DNA of 63,927 nt from Rhynchobatus australiae. Taxonomy: Eukaryota. The DNA lies in NCBI GenBank assembly GCA_034780895.1, contig JAUZTB010000011.1, positions 24,412,403 to 24,476,329 on the forward strand. The letters are read 5' to 3'. A program made the translations under genes and the position numbers. Each line of letters begins with the position of its first letter. The stretch's first letter is position 1. Below are positions 15,660 to 30,974 of the stretch, piece by piece. The notes under the pieces are model-generated. The model saw only the letters and a program-made list of their open reading frames with translations, was not told the DNA's origin and made no database searches.

Positions 15660-16350
15660 CACTCTTCAGGCAGACTGCAGATGCTGGAATCTAACCAAGA
15701 AACAAATTGCTGAAGGAACTCAGCAGGCCGAGCAGCAGAGAGAAAAAAATACAATGCTAGAACAGTGATATGCAGAACACAGCAGTTGCTGGGAATCTGA
15801 AATAAAAAATATTGGAGAAGCCCAGCAGGTGAGGTGATGTCTACAGTGAGAGAAAAACTGTCACTGTTATAGATTGGTGACTTTACACCAGAAACTGATA
15901 GTTTTCCATTTTTCATCTTCTCCTTCTGGGCATACTACAGTTTCTGGGAACTCAAACCTGAATACAACAANNNNNTATAACCAGCCTTTCCAATTCCAGT
16001 ATTATTTATTCCTCCTGTCCCCACTGTTCTGATTCCTCTCCATCTATTTACACCTTGTCCTGAGAGATTAGCCTCCATTAACAAGGTTTCACCACCCTCA
16101 CTCAGTGAACAATAATCTGTCATCCATTTTCTCTTGTTCTCCACCTTATCACAGATATTCCCTTCTTTATCCACCTCCTGCAACCTCTCTTAAAACTTAA
16201 AACATACTGTTTTATAACTTTTTTAACTCTGATAAAAGATCATGGAATGAAGCATTGTTTTTCTCCCCACAGATTCTTGCCTAACCACTGAATAGCTCTG
16301 GAAGGTTCTGTTTTTATTTTGGATGCCCAGCACCTGAAGTTCTTTGCTTT
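15660..16350. mobile_element. Penelope-like terminal repeats in inverted arrangement
   Basis: cagatgctggaatct...gaactcagcaggccgagcagca motifs on the left; reverse-oriented gttctgtttttatttt...ccagcacctgaag on the right. Confidence 0.55.
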
Positions 16351-16844
16351 ATAATTTGTAACCCAATTTTTACATCTTTGGTAATCTAAATATAAAATGT
16401 ATCTATTAGTTGGCCTAAGTGTGACCAACACAAAAACAACATGTGTGTAGGAGATCTAGAGGAGAGTTCAAAGCTGGGAAAAGACAGGGAGGAATTCCAG
16501 GAGAGAATCCAGAACATGTAGGTGACCTGGGAGAACAGTCTAAAAGCAGCCTGTGGAAGATTTTGAGGCACACAGGATATTTGGAGTACCAAGAGGCCTA
16601 AGGAAAGTCTGAAATTTGAAAAAGTGGTCATATTCTAGGACTGTCCTGAAGGAAAAGCTCAGCTGGTGGAGAACTTGGTAACTGATGTACAGGGTAAGAA
16701 GTTAAAAGTATTTTCCAGAAAGATTTAAATTTAAATCTGAACGACCAAAAAGATTGAAGTTACTATCACATCAGTCACTATTTTGTTTAATTGCATTTTG
16801 CATACTCTTGCTCCTAATTCAATTGTTTCCAGAAATTGAAATTA

Positions 16845-17135
16845 TACCATAGAATACCATAGAACAATACAGCACAATACAGGCACTTTNNNNNNNNNNN
16901 NNNNNNNNNNNNNNNNNNNNNNNNNNNNNNNNNNNNNNNNNNNNNNNNNNNNNNNNNNNNNNNNNNNNNNNNNNNNNNNNNNNNNNNNNGGGGGCCTATA
17001 GAATACTCCCAATAGAGTAACTGCTCCTTTCTTGTTCCTAACTTCCACCCATACTGACTCTAGAGAAGATCCATTCCATATTATCCACCCTTTCTGCAGC
17101 TGTATCCCTGACCAGTAACACCACCCCTCCTCCTC
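16845..17135 (-). mobile_element. CR1 LINE spanning a gap (3' tail and endonuclease domain)
   Basis: ccatagaa tail repeats left of the gap; ESVWVEVRNKKGAVTLLGVFYRP APE-endonuclease motif right of the gap. Confidence 0.8.
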
Positions 17136-17234
17136 TTCTCCCTTCCCACCCACCCTCCACTTTAAAGCACTGCCTGGAAATTATGGGACCTTAATTCTGA
17201 CACTTAACCCTGAATTTAATCTTGACTAGTGTAA

Positions 17235-17975
17235 ATTGATTTTGGAAGGTCAAATAAGGGTAGGACTTCCACAGTAAATGATAGGGCCCTAGAGAGTATT
17301 AATGAACAGAAGAACCCTGGGATAAATGCCTGAAATTGGAGCATAGGTGGTGAAGGTGGCATATGGGATGCTTGCTTTCATCAGCCATAGCACTGAATAC
17401 AAGGCCATTGATGTTATGTTACAACTTTAAAAAAAAAAATCGGTTAGACCACAGCTAGAGTATTGTGTAGAGTTCTGATTGCCACATTATAGGAAGGACA
17501 TGACTGTGCTGGAGAGATACAGAGGGGATTCATTAGGCTGTTGCCTTGGTTGGAGCATTTCAATTACAAAGAGAGATTGAATAGATTGGATTTGTTTTCC
17601 CTGGAGCGGAGAAAGCAGAGAGGTGACATTACAGGGGTATACAAAATTATGGGTAGATAATAATAATCTTTTTCACATAGAAGGGGCATCTAAAGCAAGA
17701 GGGCATAGATACAAGGTGAAAGGTAGGAGGTTTAGAGGGGAACTGAGGGGAAATTTTTTAGGTAGTTGAAATCTGGAAAGCACTGCTCGAATAAGTGGCA
17801 GAGACAAGTACTCTCAAAACATTCATGAAACATCTAGACAACCACCTGAATTATCAAAGCATAGAAGGCAACAGACCAAATGTGGGTAAATGAGATTAGT
17901 ATAAATAAGTGCAATGCTTGGCATGGACATTGTGGGCTGAATGTCCTATTTCTGTGCTGTATGACTTTATGAATC
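17235..17975 (+). mobile_element. CR1 LINE 3' portion
   Basis: VRPQLEYCVEF...YRKDM motif; ends tatttctgtgctgtatgactttatga. Confidence 0.85.
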
Positions 17976-18134
17976 CTGAGCAACTTCAAATCTCAGTGTG
18001 AAATTTTAAAATTTCTTTGTTATCCATTATTTTATGTAACTCAATCTATCAGCATTACAGGCTGATAACATCAAGCAAATGTAGCGTTCATGTCTGTGAA
18101 GTTACATGCCCCTCTCTAACAGTGGTAAAATGAG

Positions 18135-18390
18135 AATACAGAAAAAAGGAGCAGGAGTAGGCCACCTGGCCCCTCAAGCCTGCCCTGCCATTCAATGTGA
18201 TCATGGCTGATTTAAGCTGGCCTCAATTCCTCTTCTGTACCAGCTCTCCACAGCCCTCGATTCCCCAAACTTTCAAAAATTTATCTACCTCCACATTCAA
18301 TAATTCTAGTAATCTAGCCTCCACAACCCTCTGGGGTAGAGAATTCCGGAGATGCACCTCTATATTAAATGACTGGTTCCTTATCTTGTA
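18135..18390 (-). mobile_element. CR1 LINE 3' end
   Basis: ggagcaggagtaggccacctggcccctcaagcctg 3' motif; minus-strand NSLPQRVVEA. Confidence 0.8.
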
Positions 18391-19317
18391 AACTCTCCCA
18401 CCAGTAGAATCAAATAATCTTGAATAACTAGCAATATGGACTGCCTCTGAGGGTTGAGCAGCCATAGTAACCAACATAGGAGAACCCTGATGTTGATGAA
18501 AATTCATCAGAGTTCAGTCCAGATAGAGAAAACAGCAATTTTCAGATTAGTTTTGCAGACACCTGTCAGTACTGCTCTATCATTTAAAAGGGAGTTTAAT
18601 TGCAGTTCATATACAGAAGTAAAATGGAGAAAATCATCTGCAAAACATATCAATCTTCTCCTCAGCAAACAATACAAAGCATATTATCATCAGGTTGGTT
18701 TGAAGTATTTGCAATCTGCTTTTCTTTCATTGTGAAGGAAAGATAGAACTGCAACAAACCTTCAAGATTTTATGACACTGGCAGGATCTTAGAAGAAACA
18801 AGGAATGGAAAGCAGTGTTAATTCAGAAGTTGAAAGAGGGAGAATCCAAATTTTACATTAAGTTTCCCACTGCCAATAAGGCCTTGCTGATAGCATCGAG
18901 ATCCCTGAAAAAGTGTTCAAATTTCCAAAAGACAGTGGCAGCATCTCAAATGTTCTCTGTTGTCATTTGAAAGATCAAAGTGATTTTTCATAATGGTGAT
19001 GACCTTCATGGTTAGTAATAACACCTAGTATATTTTTGATTGACCTGGAGGAATTTCATAACCCTGACTACATACCCAAGTCTTAACTCTCTGTTAATCC
19101 TTGGTCTGCTCATGCTCTATTTTGAATTACACAGATATCTTTGGACTTTTGTCTTGTCCAGATTACCCAAAGCACTAATTACCATATTTCATAAGATTCC
19201 TTGTTCTCTACTCTGTGAAACCAGTCTTTGTTTCTGCCCTTTACCACTATGATACATTTACCAATGACTGCAATTGAAACAATAATCTGCTAATCACTAT
19301 CTTCATGATTAGGACAA

Positions 19318-19790
19318 TACTGTAAAATTCCACTAATTCACTACCTGATATTTGGGAAGTACCATTGGTTTGGCATCTGCTCACCTGGTTCTGCTTCCTG
19401 TGCACCCTTAAACTCCCCAGGGCTCCATTCCCAAGCTCCCTTTGAAGTCATCAGGGCCCCAATTCCTGAGCTCCTTTAGTTACACACTTATTTTTAATTC
19501 ACTGGGGCCTTGATTCCCACGCTCCCTTTAAACTCATCAGGGCACCGGTCCCATGCTCCTTTTAAACTCAAATGGGCCACATTCCCATGCTCCTTTTTAA
19601 CACACTGGCTTTCTGTTTCCTGGACTCCCTTTAAACTCACCCAGTTCACTGGAAAATTTATTATTCTACTGTGTAACATAATAAAAATAGTGAATTAAAA
19701 ATGATGGTATATTAATAAGAGTAATATCCAACAGTCCAGAAAACCTAACAATCCAGTACATCAAAATCTGTATGCTATTATCACAAAATC
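19318..19790. mobile_element. Possible Tigger/pogo-like MITE with an internal ~31-bp minisatellite (19405-19650)
   Basis: Begins ta-ctgtaaaattcc; about 7 degenerate units of ttccca(t/c)gctccctttaaactca...gggc. Confidence 0.45.
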
Positions 19791-20215
19791 CAGCTCCTAA
19801 AAGGAATAGTTTGATTTGATTTGATTATATAAAATGAAATACTACAGAAGGTAATGAGTGATTTCACATTCTAGAAAGCAGAACATTATCCCTTTTTCCC
19901 TTTTACTTCCAGTTTTTTTATTTACAGTAATGCAGACAAAAATAAACAGGTCTTCAGTACATTCTAATCAAAGAAATTTTACATTATTGTAACATGCTTA
20001 TGTTNNNNNNNNNNNNNNNNNNNNNNNATTTTTACACCACTTGGTCTAAAAGTGAAGTTAATAGAATACAAACTCAGATGGACTGCAAAACAAACATTTG
20101 ACCAAACCAGATGACCAGGTCTCGATGAGTAGAAATTGGGGATAGAGAAAACATATATAGCTTTTCAAAATATGACATGCTGATCATATGAATTTAATAT
20201 TGTAGAATTCTATTA

Positions 20216-20320
<105 letters not shown>

Positions 20321-20984
20321 CTACAAAAAAAGATAGTAATATTAATTTGTTTGTCTACATGTTCTGTTGTTACTAAAAATCTTTATTCTGCAATAAGTTT
20401 TGAATTTCCTGATGTATATGGCTGAGCACCATGCAAGGCAGACAATTTACGTATTTACCAAATAGAATGCCCTGTTTAAAAAATTTTTGTATTAACAAAG
20501 AGGAATTAAACATAATTTTTAAAAATAGTTCCAAATATTTTACTTGGTCATAATTACAGATTACCTGATAAAATTGTATGCAACATAGTAATAACATTGA
20601 GCTTCACCACTAAAGAAAAACATGCAGCATTATGTATGTCAAAATATCAACCTGATAATTCAGCCAATCAGAATAACCAAGGCAAACCCAAGTGTATTAG
20701 TAATCACTCTAATAGTCAAATACCAGTTGCAATTGCTAGAAAGAAAATCAAGAAGTTACATCAAGGTTTGCTATGTGCTGGCAGATATATAAAAAATAAA
20801 AATTATGATACATATAAAGTACATTACACATACAGTACATTAGTGTTTTTTAATGCAGTTAGTGCATGTGGCCAAAACAATTTTGCTCTGGTCATGTCTG
20901 TGGCAGGGCCATGATTTCTATTGTTCAGCTTGTTTAGAATTGCACTGATCCTTCACTGTAATACGCAAGACTTGTGGTGCGCTA

Positions 20985-21200
<216 letters not shown>

Positions 21201-21692
21201 CTATGGAATAAACAAAGAAAATATTAGAAATAATTTTTTCAGGTTGAGAGAGCACAAGCGCAAAAGAGAGCGGGCGAGAGAGAGAGCACTTTTCATAGTC
21301 AGTTTCTCCAAAGTGTTTCCATACAGGTAGCCACAAAAAAAGTTTTTTTCGATTAGTTAATCTAGTTTGCTGACATAAACATAGAAAACACTGGATATAC
21401 TTCGCAGACAACATTTGGTGGACAGGAAAAAAGCAAATCTTTTGCGGTTGATGAAAAATTATCAACCTGTAATCTTATCTCTGTCTTTCTACACAGAGAT
21501 ACTACTCAACCTGATGTATAATTCTAGTAACTTATGCTTTTATTTTGGATTTCTAGTAAAGCATCTGACTTTTCAATTTTTAGCCAAATTTTGTCCAGGT
21601 CTAGGTTTGCCAACACTCTCTGGACAATTGGACAGTTCGTCCTGCTGCTTCACAGCTCCATGGAGGATTATTTGGCTTCCTGGATGGGAAAA

Positions 21693-22385
21693 ACAGGTGT
21701 TGCATCTCCTGCAGTTCCCATGCAAGTGTAGGAGGTGTAACACCTGTCTTTTTATCTGTACTTCCAAGTAAAACAGTAATTCACTTGCATTTCTTCCACT
21801 CTAGCATACTGCATTCATCATTCACTATGTAATCTCCTCTACAATGAACAAACCAAACACAGATTATGTGAGCACTTTGCAGAGAAACTGCCTTCAGTCC
21901 GTAGGGGTGACTCAGATCTTCCTGTTGCCTGCCACTTTAATTCTTCATCCCACTCCCATTCTAATCCATCCACCTGTGGCATTCTGCACTGTTATAACAA
22001 GGCCCAATGCAAGTTTGAGGAATGGTACCTCTTTTTCTGTCTCAACATTCCACAGCGTTCTGGACTAGATAACAAATTCTACAACTTCAGATAACTTGTT
22101 CTCTCTGTCTGTATTAGAACTGACCATTTTTTCTCTGTCGTCCACCTGTGATATTGGCTCAGCTTTCTTCTCTCCATTGGTATAGCACGTCCTACATGCC
22201 TGCACTTTACAACCCCATGCTTCTTTCTTTGTACTTATTTTCTTTTTCTTTCTCTCTCTCTCTGATCTTTACAATTTATTCCCATGCCACCCTTGACCTC
22301 ACCCAATCAGAGGTTTTCCCTATGTCCTACTCAGCCCTCTCCTCATATCTTTTGTGACTTAAAACTCCTTCTTTTCTCTCCTTCC
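21693..22385 (+). mobile_element. Penelope-like element GIY-YIG endonuclease remnant and 3' region
   Basis: FPCKCRRCNTC, then degenerate LLY..QTKHRLCEHFAE.LPSV and LPVACHFNS motifs. Confidence 0.75.
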
Positions 22386-22774
22386 TGTGAAATTGCTGTC
22401 AGTTTCACAGAGTAACAATAACAAATATTGGAGGTTTTGGTGTCAATACTACTACAACATCTGGGAAATCAGTTTGCAGTGACAGGTTTCTCATGTGTAT
22501 TGTTCAATAATGTATGGAAAGTGGTAAGCATAATCATGTTCTATAACATTTAAAACATTATTTTGTTTGCCTTTTTCATTCTTCTGGAATAATTATTAAT
22601 CATTAAACTGCTAGCAGAAGCAAAACCCCTCACCATGTGTTTTACATTACACATCTTCATCAAGATACTGGACACTTCAGTGTCACCCTTTCACTTTATG
22701 ATATACTTGAGATACTCTAATATTCCAGATGACACTGATAAGATGAACACTCTAAAACTATTGACGCAACTATT

Positions 22775-23358
22775 GACGGTGTTCTTGTGTATGAGTTAGC
22801 AGACAGGTGCAGCAGGTTCTTTAGACAACAAGGGCACATTGACCTTTATTGCACAGAGTTTAGAAGTAGGGGAGTTTTGTTAGAATTGTACAGGGTGTTG
22901 GTGAGGCCACACCTAGAATACTGCATATAGTTTTGGTCTCTGCCTAACAAAAGCATATAGTAGCATGGAGGCAGTCCAAAGGACATTCACTAGGATATTT
23001 CCTGAGTATGTATTCCTGGAGTTCAGAACAATCAGGGTTAATCATATCATAAGATCTAAGGGGGCATGACAGGGTAGAGCTTTTTAACTTGTGAGAGAGT
23101 CTTGAATGAGTTTCAAGAAAAGGAGATGGTCATTTAAAACTGAGATATGTAGAAATTTCTTCTCACAGAGGTAGTGAATCTCTGGAAATCATTATAAATA
23201 TTTAAGGTGGATAGATAAATTTGTGAAAGATCAATGGATCAAGGGCTATGGGGATCTGGCACAAGATAAAAGTTGAGGCCTGATCATATTGAATGACATG
23301 GTAGGCCTGAGAGACCAAGGCAGCCTACTCCTGTTCCTGTTTTCTTGTGTTCTTGTGT
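22775..23358 (+). mobile_element. Old CR1 LINE 3' portion
   Basis: LVRPHLEYCI.FWS motif; ends cctactcctgttcctgttttcttgtgttcttgtg. Confidence 0.8.
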
Positions 23359-23401
23359 AACATGCAACCCATCACCAAGTTCCCAAAGGATAAATATTTT
23401 A

Positions 23402-23711
<310 letters not shown>

Positions 23712-25187
23712 CTAAGGAAACAAATAAAAATAAGTGTTATTTTTAAACAAACTGTTACACGGATCTATTTTTGTTACTGATTTAACATTTTGCTAAGTCT
23801 TATAACTTTAACTGTAAAACTACATAAATCAGCAATTATGCGAAACAAATTATTCAGACAATAGATAATATTATTATCAACCGATTCTAGAATTTAAGGC
23901 TCTTTCTTTTTGGTGAGCTAAGTGTGCTGGGCTCAGCTACTAGCATCTAATCAAATCTCTTCAAATACATATGGAAAATTAACCACAAACACATAAAAAG
24001 CTGTACATGCTAAAACAGGACTTCAGCTGTTCTTCTTGGAACTTCTATGCAGGGTTTCATTTGCTGCATCAGTCATGCTGAGTGCTGGGCAAAGAAGTCT
24101 CTCCATGGCAGTAACAGTACAAAAGCAAAAATTTATGCCAAGGCAAGAGAAAACAGAGGAGGGGAACACTGCTCTCTTCCGTATATTCCGTCCTTCCCCA
24201 TGTAACAAACTGGGCCAATAGGGGCCCATATCTCAGTAGCTTGCAGGTTTTTTTGTTAATTATAATGAAAGTCATAGGTAAACCCCAAAAGCTCCAATTT
24301 TTGTTGGTACTGGTGGAAGCATGCACTACACAATCTATGATATCATTGGTTGCATAACCGATGTTAAGGAATCATCTGCCATGCTAAGGTGAATCATCTC
24401 TGGAAGTGGTCAGGAAAATTTACTGATGATTCCTAATCAACCCAGTGAAGACTCATAGACAAAACTATTTCTGCTTATTTTGATTGACATGATTAACTTT
24501 TGCTAAACTAAATATGAGGGATATTTCCTTAAAAACATCCGTTTTGTATTTTAAATAAACTATTTTAATAATTATTTGAAAATTAATATGACAAGGGGTG
24601 AAATAACAACTTTTTTCAGTACTATGAAAGAAGTACACCACGAACTACCAACTAGTTTTTAGAGCCTGCCTGATTTTTTTTCCCATTCCATTGCCTGAAT
24701 GGTTTTTCTTCAAATATGCATTTTGGGTTTTGATGATGCCCCTAATCCCAGACTACAATCTGAACTCTGGTTTGAGTGGACAAATGGCTGCTGTTTTGCC
24801 TAAAGATGAATGTCTGTTATAAGCAGAAGAGAGCATTCAATGTATTTTTCATGTTCTTTCATATGGCTCCTCCAAAACACACATAGAAGGTGTGGGCAAA
24901 TGTATGTTAGTCTCCTCCTATTACTTGAGCACAAGAATCTCCAAAAACTCTTTTTCCAGAATGCCAGCTTATTGCCCTATCAAATAAGAAATATGCTCAT
25001 GGCAAATTAGTAAGGTTAAAAAAAAGCATTGGCTTGTTCTGCCAAAGGTACCCAGGAAATTAACTGCCTCCTGCAGTTTGACAGTGGAAACATGCTAGGA
25101 ATTTGAATTCCACCCCTCTCTCTTTGATGGTACTACAATATATATATATATATATTACTACACAACTGTATATTACAAAAAACACTA

Positions 25188-25433
<246 letters not shown>

Positions 25434-25739
25434 TTATTTGTTTTCTGTTTTTTTTTGAAAGTCATAAATCACAGCAATACCTTATAGATCTTTCTGTAGC
25501 TCAGGCTGATTTAATTCTAACCATGTTTCACTATGTCAATTTTCGTGAACTATTCTGAGTCAAATCTCAACTTGAAATCCCCAACTGAAATCTGGCCATA
25601 ATACAATGATCCAAAAAAATATCAACTGACAAAATTAGTTCTTATAACTCACCCTAATTTATGGTTGAAATCCTAAAATGATGGTGAGAAGTACAACAAT
25701 TACTCATTTTACTGAAATAAGTTGATGTTCTGATCAGTA

Positions 25740-26130
25740 CATAGAATAGAGAAATATAGAAAAAGCAGAAGCAGGCCATCTGGCCCTTTGAGACTGTTCT
25801 GCAATTCAATACAATCATGGTTGATCCTCTACTCAAAATCATATTCTCAATCTCTCCCTATACCCTTTTAATGCCTTTTGTATCCAGAAATCTATTGTCT
25901 TCATAATTATATTCAACAACTTCTGTGATAGAGAATTCTACAAGTTTACCATCCTCTGAGTGAAGAACTTCCTTTCATCTCAGTCTTAAATATCTAATCC
26001 CATATCCTAAAACCGTGACCTCTGGTTCAAGACCTACCACGCTAGTGAAAACATCTTTCTCGAGCCTTATCAGAATTTTGTACATTTCAATAATATCTAA
26101 TCTCAATCTTCTAAAGCAATTCAGACAGGC
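25740..26130 (-). mobile_element. CR1 LINE 3' end
   Basis: catagaa tail and gcagaagcaggccatctggccc motif. Confidence 0.75.
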
Positions 26131-26164
26131 CTAGTTGACAGGCATCCCTGGAATCAGTCTGCTG

Positions 26165-27000
26165 ATAGGTCACCTGGTTGAGTGGTGCCGCAAAAACAAC
26201 CTCTTGCTCAAAGTCAGCAAAACTGAAGAGCTGAGTGTTGACTTCAGGAAGGGGAGGGAGAACGAACATGCTCCAGTCTACACTGGGGGATCAACAGTGA
26301 GAGAATTAGCAGCTTTAAATTCCTGGGCATTTATATATTGGATGACCTGTCCTGGGCCCAGCACATAGATGAAATCATAAAGAAAGCATGCCAGCATCTT
26401 TACTTTCTAAGGAGGTTCGGCTTGTCATCAAACGCTCTAACAAACTTCTACAGATGTACTGTTGAAAGTATCCTGACTGGTTGCATCATGGTCTGGTATG
26501 GCAATTCAAATGCACAGGAACACAAGAAACTGCAGAGAGTAGTGGACTCAGCCCAATACATCACAGGCACATCCCTCCCCACCACTGGTAGTATCTACAG
26601 GAGTCACTGCCTCAAGAAGGCAACATCCATCATCAAAGATTCCCACCATCCAGGCCATGCCATCTCTTCGCAGCTACCATCAGGCAGGAGGTACAAAAAC
26701 CTGAAGTCCCACAGCATCAGGTTCAAGAAAAGCTACTTTCCTTCAACCATTCGGTTCTTGAACCAATCGGCAAAACCCTAATCACTAGAGTTTAGGCAGG
26801 CTATGACCACTTTGCACTAAAATGGACTTTGTTTTTTTTTTGTTCTAATTGTGTATAACTTATGTTTAATTTATGTTTTTCTTGTGAATGCTGCTTATCT
26901 AATGCTATGTGCCTGCGATGCCGCTGCAAGTAAGTTTTTCATTGCACCTGCACATACATGTACTTGTGCATATGACAATAAACTCAACTTTGAATTTGAA
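26165..27000 (+). mobile_element. Rex1/Babar-clade LINE, 5'-truncated 3' portion
   Basis: LVEWCRKNNLLLKVSKTEEL.VDFRK, then after a frameshift DDLSWAQHI...LYFLRRFG...FYRCTVESILTGCIMVWYGN; AATAAA and ttgaa tail. Confidence 0.88.
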
Positions 27001-27522
27001 TCTGTTGAATTCCCTCATGGCAAATACGTTTCCTTCAATGACATGATCAAAATTGTACACAGTAATCCATGTACAGTCTTGCCAAGTCCTTGCGTAATTG
27101 TAGTAAGACATCCTTGTCCTGTACTTAAAACCTCCTGCAATGAAGAATAACATATCCTTTGCTACCCAAGTTTCATCAACCAGCTGTCATATTCTGCTGG
27201 AAATTGTTGGTTAGCTAACTGGCAGGATTCCAATAAGGAAAGGCAGTTAAAATCTGTTAGATCTCTGATTCCGTGCTAGACTGGCAGCTGTTCCTTCCAC
27301 ATGCCAGCTGAGAACTAAAATTAGATTTGTTTTTTATGCTGCACCTCCAGTAGAGACTGAATAGTAGAGTGATAGCAGCTCTGAAGAAATTTCTAGCTAA
27401 TTTTGTGAAGGCATTGCAGTTAATGTGTTGTAAAATTCTTGATAAGATATATGTGAATAATCCTTATCCATAATGGCATATCCAAAATTTATTATCCACT
27501 ATAAAAAGTAATGCAGTACTCA

Positions 27523-27651
<129 letters not shown>

Positions 27652-27696
27652 TTAAAAAAAGTGAATAAAGCTAATAATGAAAATGTACGTGTTTTA

Positions 27697-27837
<141 letters not shown>

Positions 27838-28683
27838 TTACCCACTTCTATCCTGGCAACCTGTTAACTGGCAAGACAAATTGGGTAGGAGCCTTTTAAT
27901 CCCCTTTAATGTTTAAGGCCTACTAATTTAATTTTTAGGAAGGTCCCGAAATGAATACCCAGCCCTCCAAACCAAAACTGGTGGAAAACTGTTTAAATAT
28001 GTAAATCTGGATTCAACAGTGGTTGTAGGATTCTGATTACAGTTTTCATACTAAATGAGCAGAATTTCCACATTGGGCTTAGTTGCACCAGATGCTCAGC
28101 AACTTATTCATGTCCTTAGGAAAGGGTGCTATTTTTCCTTATATTGCTGTTGGAGCAAGAGGGATTATGATCCTGCATGACGCCACTGAAATTAACTGAA
28201 ATTTTTTGATTGACTAGCAACATATCTTGCCTCTGAAACCTGCTTCTCCCAAATGATCTGTTACCATTTAATAGATCTACAAAAACCTGACGAGTGAAGA
28301 AGAGCCCCATTTTGGACCTACAATTTCTTAGCTGAATGAAGTGGTAGCATAAATGTGAGCTGGGCCTTGCAATTGTAACCTCCAAGGAGCAATGTCCATG
28401 CAGCCTGGGCTTCATCAAGACCATCCTCAATGAGCCCAGATGCTGAGTTTGAGGCTATAGATGGTCTGTGTGCTTTCCCTATTTTACACATATGTTGATG
28501 CAAGTTAAAATTTGCAAGGTTGGTGTTATTCTAATCAATGTCATTGATTTGCTATTGGAATTCCCTTCCTATATGTATAAGAGTGTTCCAATTTCTGATC
28601 TCCATTGCTGGAACACAGTATTCAAAGGAAATAAATTATTGGATAATAATGAATTAGGAAAGCATCATCACACTTCTGAATTA

Positions 28684-28953
<270 letters not shown>

Positions 28954-29194
28954 TCATTAAATGAATTATCTAATTACGTACGAGTTTATGTCAATATATA
29001 TTAGTTTATTAAATACAACATTCAAAATTTAAAATTTACCAATTTAGCATCCATTCCTTAGAACAGATTACATACCATTCTCAAATGTCTTTGTTACTTT
29101 TCTCAGTAATTAGAATAAAGAAATAAAGGCATTTGCAAAAGATAGAGACATTTCCCAAAGATTAGAATATGATGGAGCCATTTGGGGGTCAATA

Positions 29195-29620
29195 ATGGCA
29201 CATTTTCCTTTGAGAGGGTCATGGCATCAAGTCCAGCTCTTTGATGAGAACCTATTCTAGTGTGACATCCCAATCCAATATTGAGGAGGTATCATCCTTA
29301 GATAAGGTGTTAAAACAAGATTCAAATCTACTTTTCAGATGGACATAGATACATTGTGGCAGTATTTGAAAAGTAGGAATGGAATTTTACATGAAGTTTT
29401 TGGTTGTTGTAATAGCCAATAACACCAAAACACATTAAATGATCATTCATGTTATTATTTCCGAGGGGTGGGGAAGGGGGATTTTGTGTGAATTAGCATC
29501 ACATTAACATACATACATAACAGCAAGGGCACATTTTAAAAGTAATTAACTCAAAGCTTTGAACTGCTTTTTGATATTCTGAGAATGTGGAAGGTGCTAT
29601 ATAAATGCAAATCTTTCCTT
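29195..29620 (+). mobile_element. Degenerate Deu-domain SINE
   Basis: Ends gaaggtgctatataaatgcaaatctttc (L2-type tail); core resembles the 37150 copy. Confidence 0.55.
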
Positions 29621-30071
29621 CCTTAATTAAAAAGAAAATTAGAAAAACAAGAAGATCCTGCTCCATATCCAAGGCAAGAAGATTTCATCTATTTTTCCTG
29701 AGACTACCGGAGAAGGCACAGTGCACAGAGCCACTACAGGTTTTCTTGAAGTGCAGCATTCATACACTACAGTTTTACACAAGAAAACCCAATGACACTG
29801 TTCTGAAGTTGGTGGTCTTTATGGGTTTCTTTTAAAAATAACATTAGAGCAACAAACAATGCTGTTTTAATGCAATTAAAAAGTAACAAAGCCATTTCCT
29901 GTCTACACAGTTTTATCCTCAAGTCTGTGATACTGACCTTGCTTTCAAATTGGGTACTTTGATTCAATAAACAATCCTAAGTTTTACGTGACAAAGTTCC
30001 TGATCAAGCAACAGGGGAATGAAACCCATAAGACAACCTGAACAAATGCAAATAATCATTAAAATAAATTA

Positions 30072-30242
<171 letters not shown>

Positions 30243-30974
30243 TTATACATAGTTAAATACCTTACTAGTTGTTTTGCTAAAAATAAGTTACATATCAATC
30301 AAAGTCAACTGTTGGTTTGGCTCAGTGGTAGTGCTTTATGTCAGATGGTTAATCCACTCCAACATTAAAATTGTCCCTTTCCACTTTGTAATCTGCCAAT
30401 TCTGATTCATCCATGCTTTCACCTGATTAGTTCATTGGTCTAAAGGCTACCCACCTTCTTTCTGCTCTTCAGTTTATTTAAGCTTTTGCTGGCTGCTCCC
30501 TGACTTGTACCACCCCCAGTCAATTGTTACACCTGGGCTCACATCAAATCTTAGTACAACAATGCATCAAATTTTAAATTCACATATCATGTCGCTTAAA
30601 TCCTGTTACTCCCTCCAGTTAAAATGGTCCTTAAAACTTCCTTTAATTGTTGAAGTCTGAACCAAGAGCTGTACAGAAATGTCTCTCCATCTTACCTTTG
30701 CTTCATAATGGCATGCATGCCATGACATTAGAATCTATTTCAGTGAAGATTGGTGTTAATTAAGATTGCGTAATTGCTTTAACTCTTTTCTGAATCTTTC
30801 TCACCACAATGTTGCACTTCACCTTCAACAAACTTTTTCTGTCATTGGAGTGGAACTAATCTTCTGAACTAATGGGAAACTGTTCAACACATAGCAACTA
30901 CACTTCAGAACCACGTTCACCAAAACACCAGTAGTCAAACTGCAGTACGCAAACAACACTTGCATTTGTCATAC

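Noticed and set aside
19405-19650. CRISPR-like array
   Set aside because: Eukaryotic intron; units are degenerate with no unique spacers and no cas genes
26338-26781. 147-aa plus-strand ORF as a possible nested gene
   Set aside because: C-terminus of a Rex1/Babar LINE ORF, frameshifted from its upstream part
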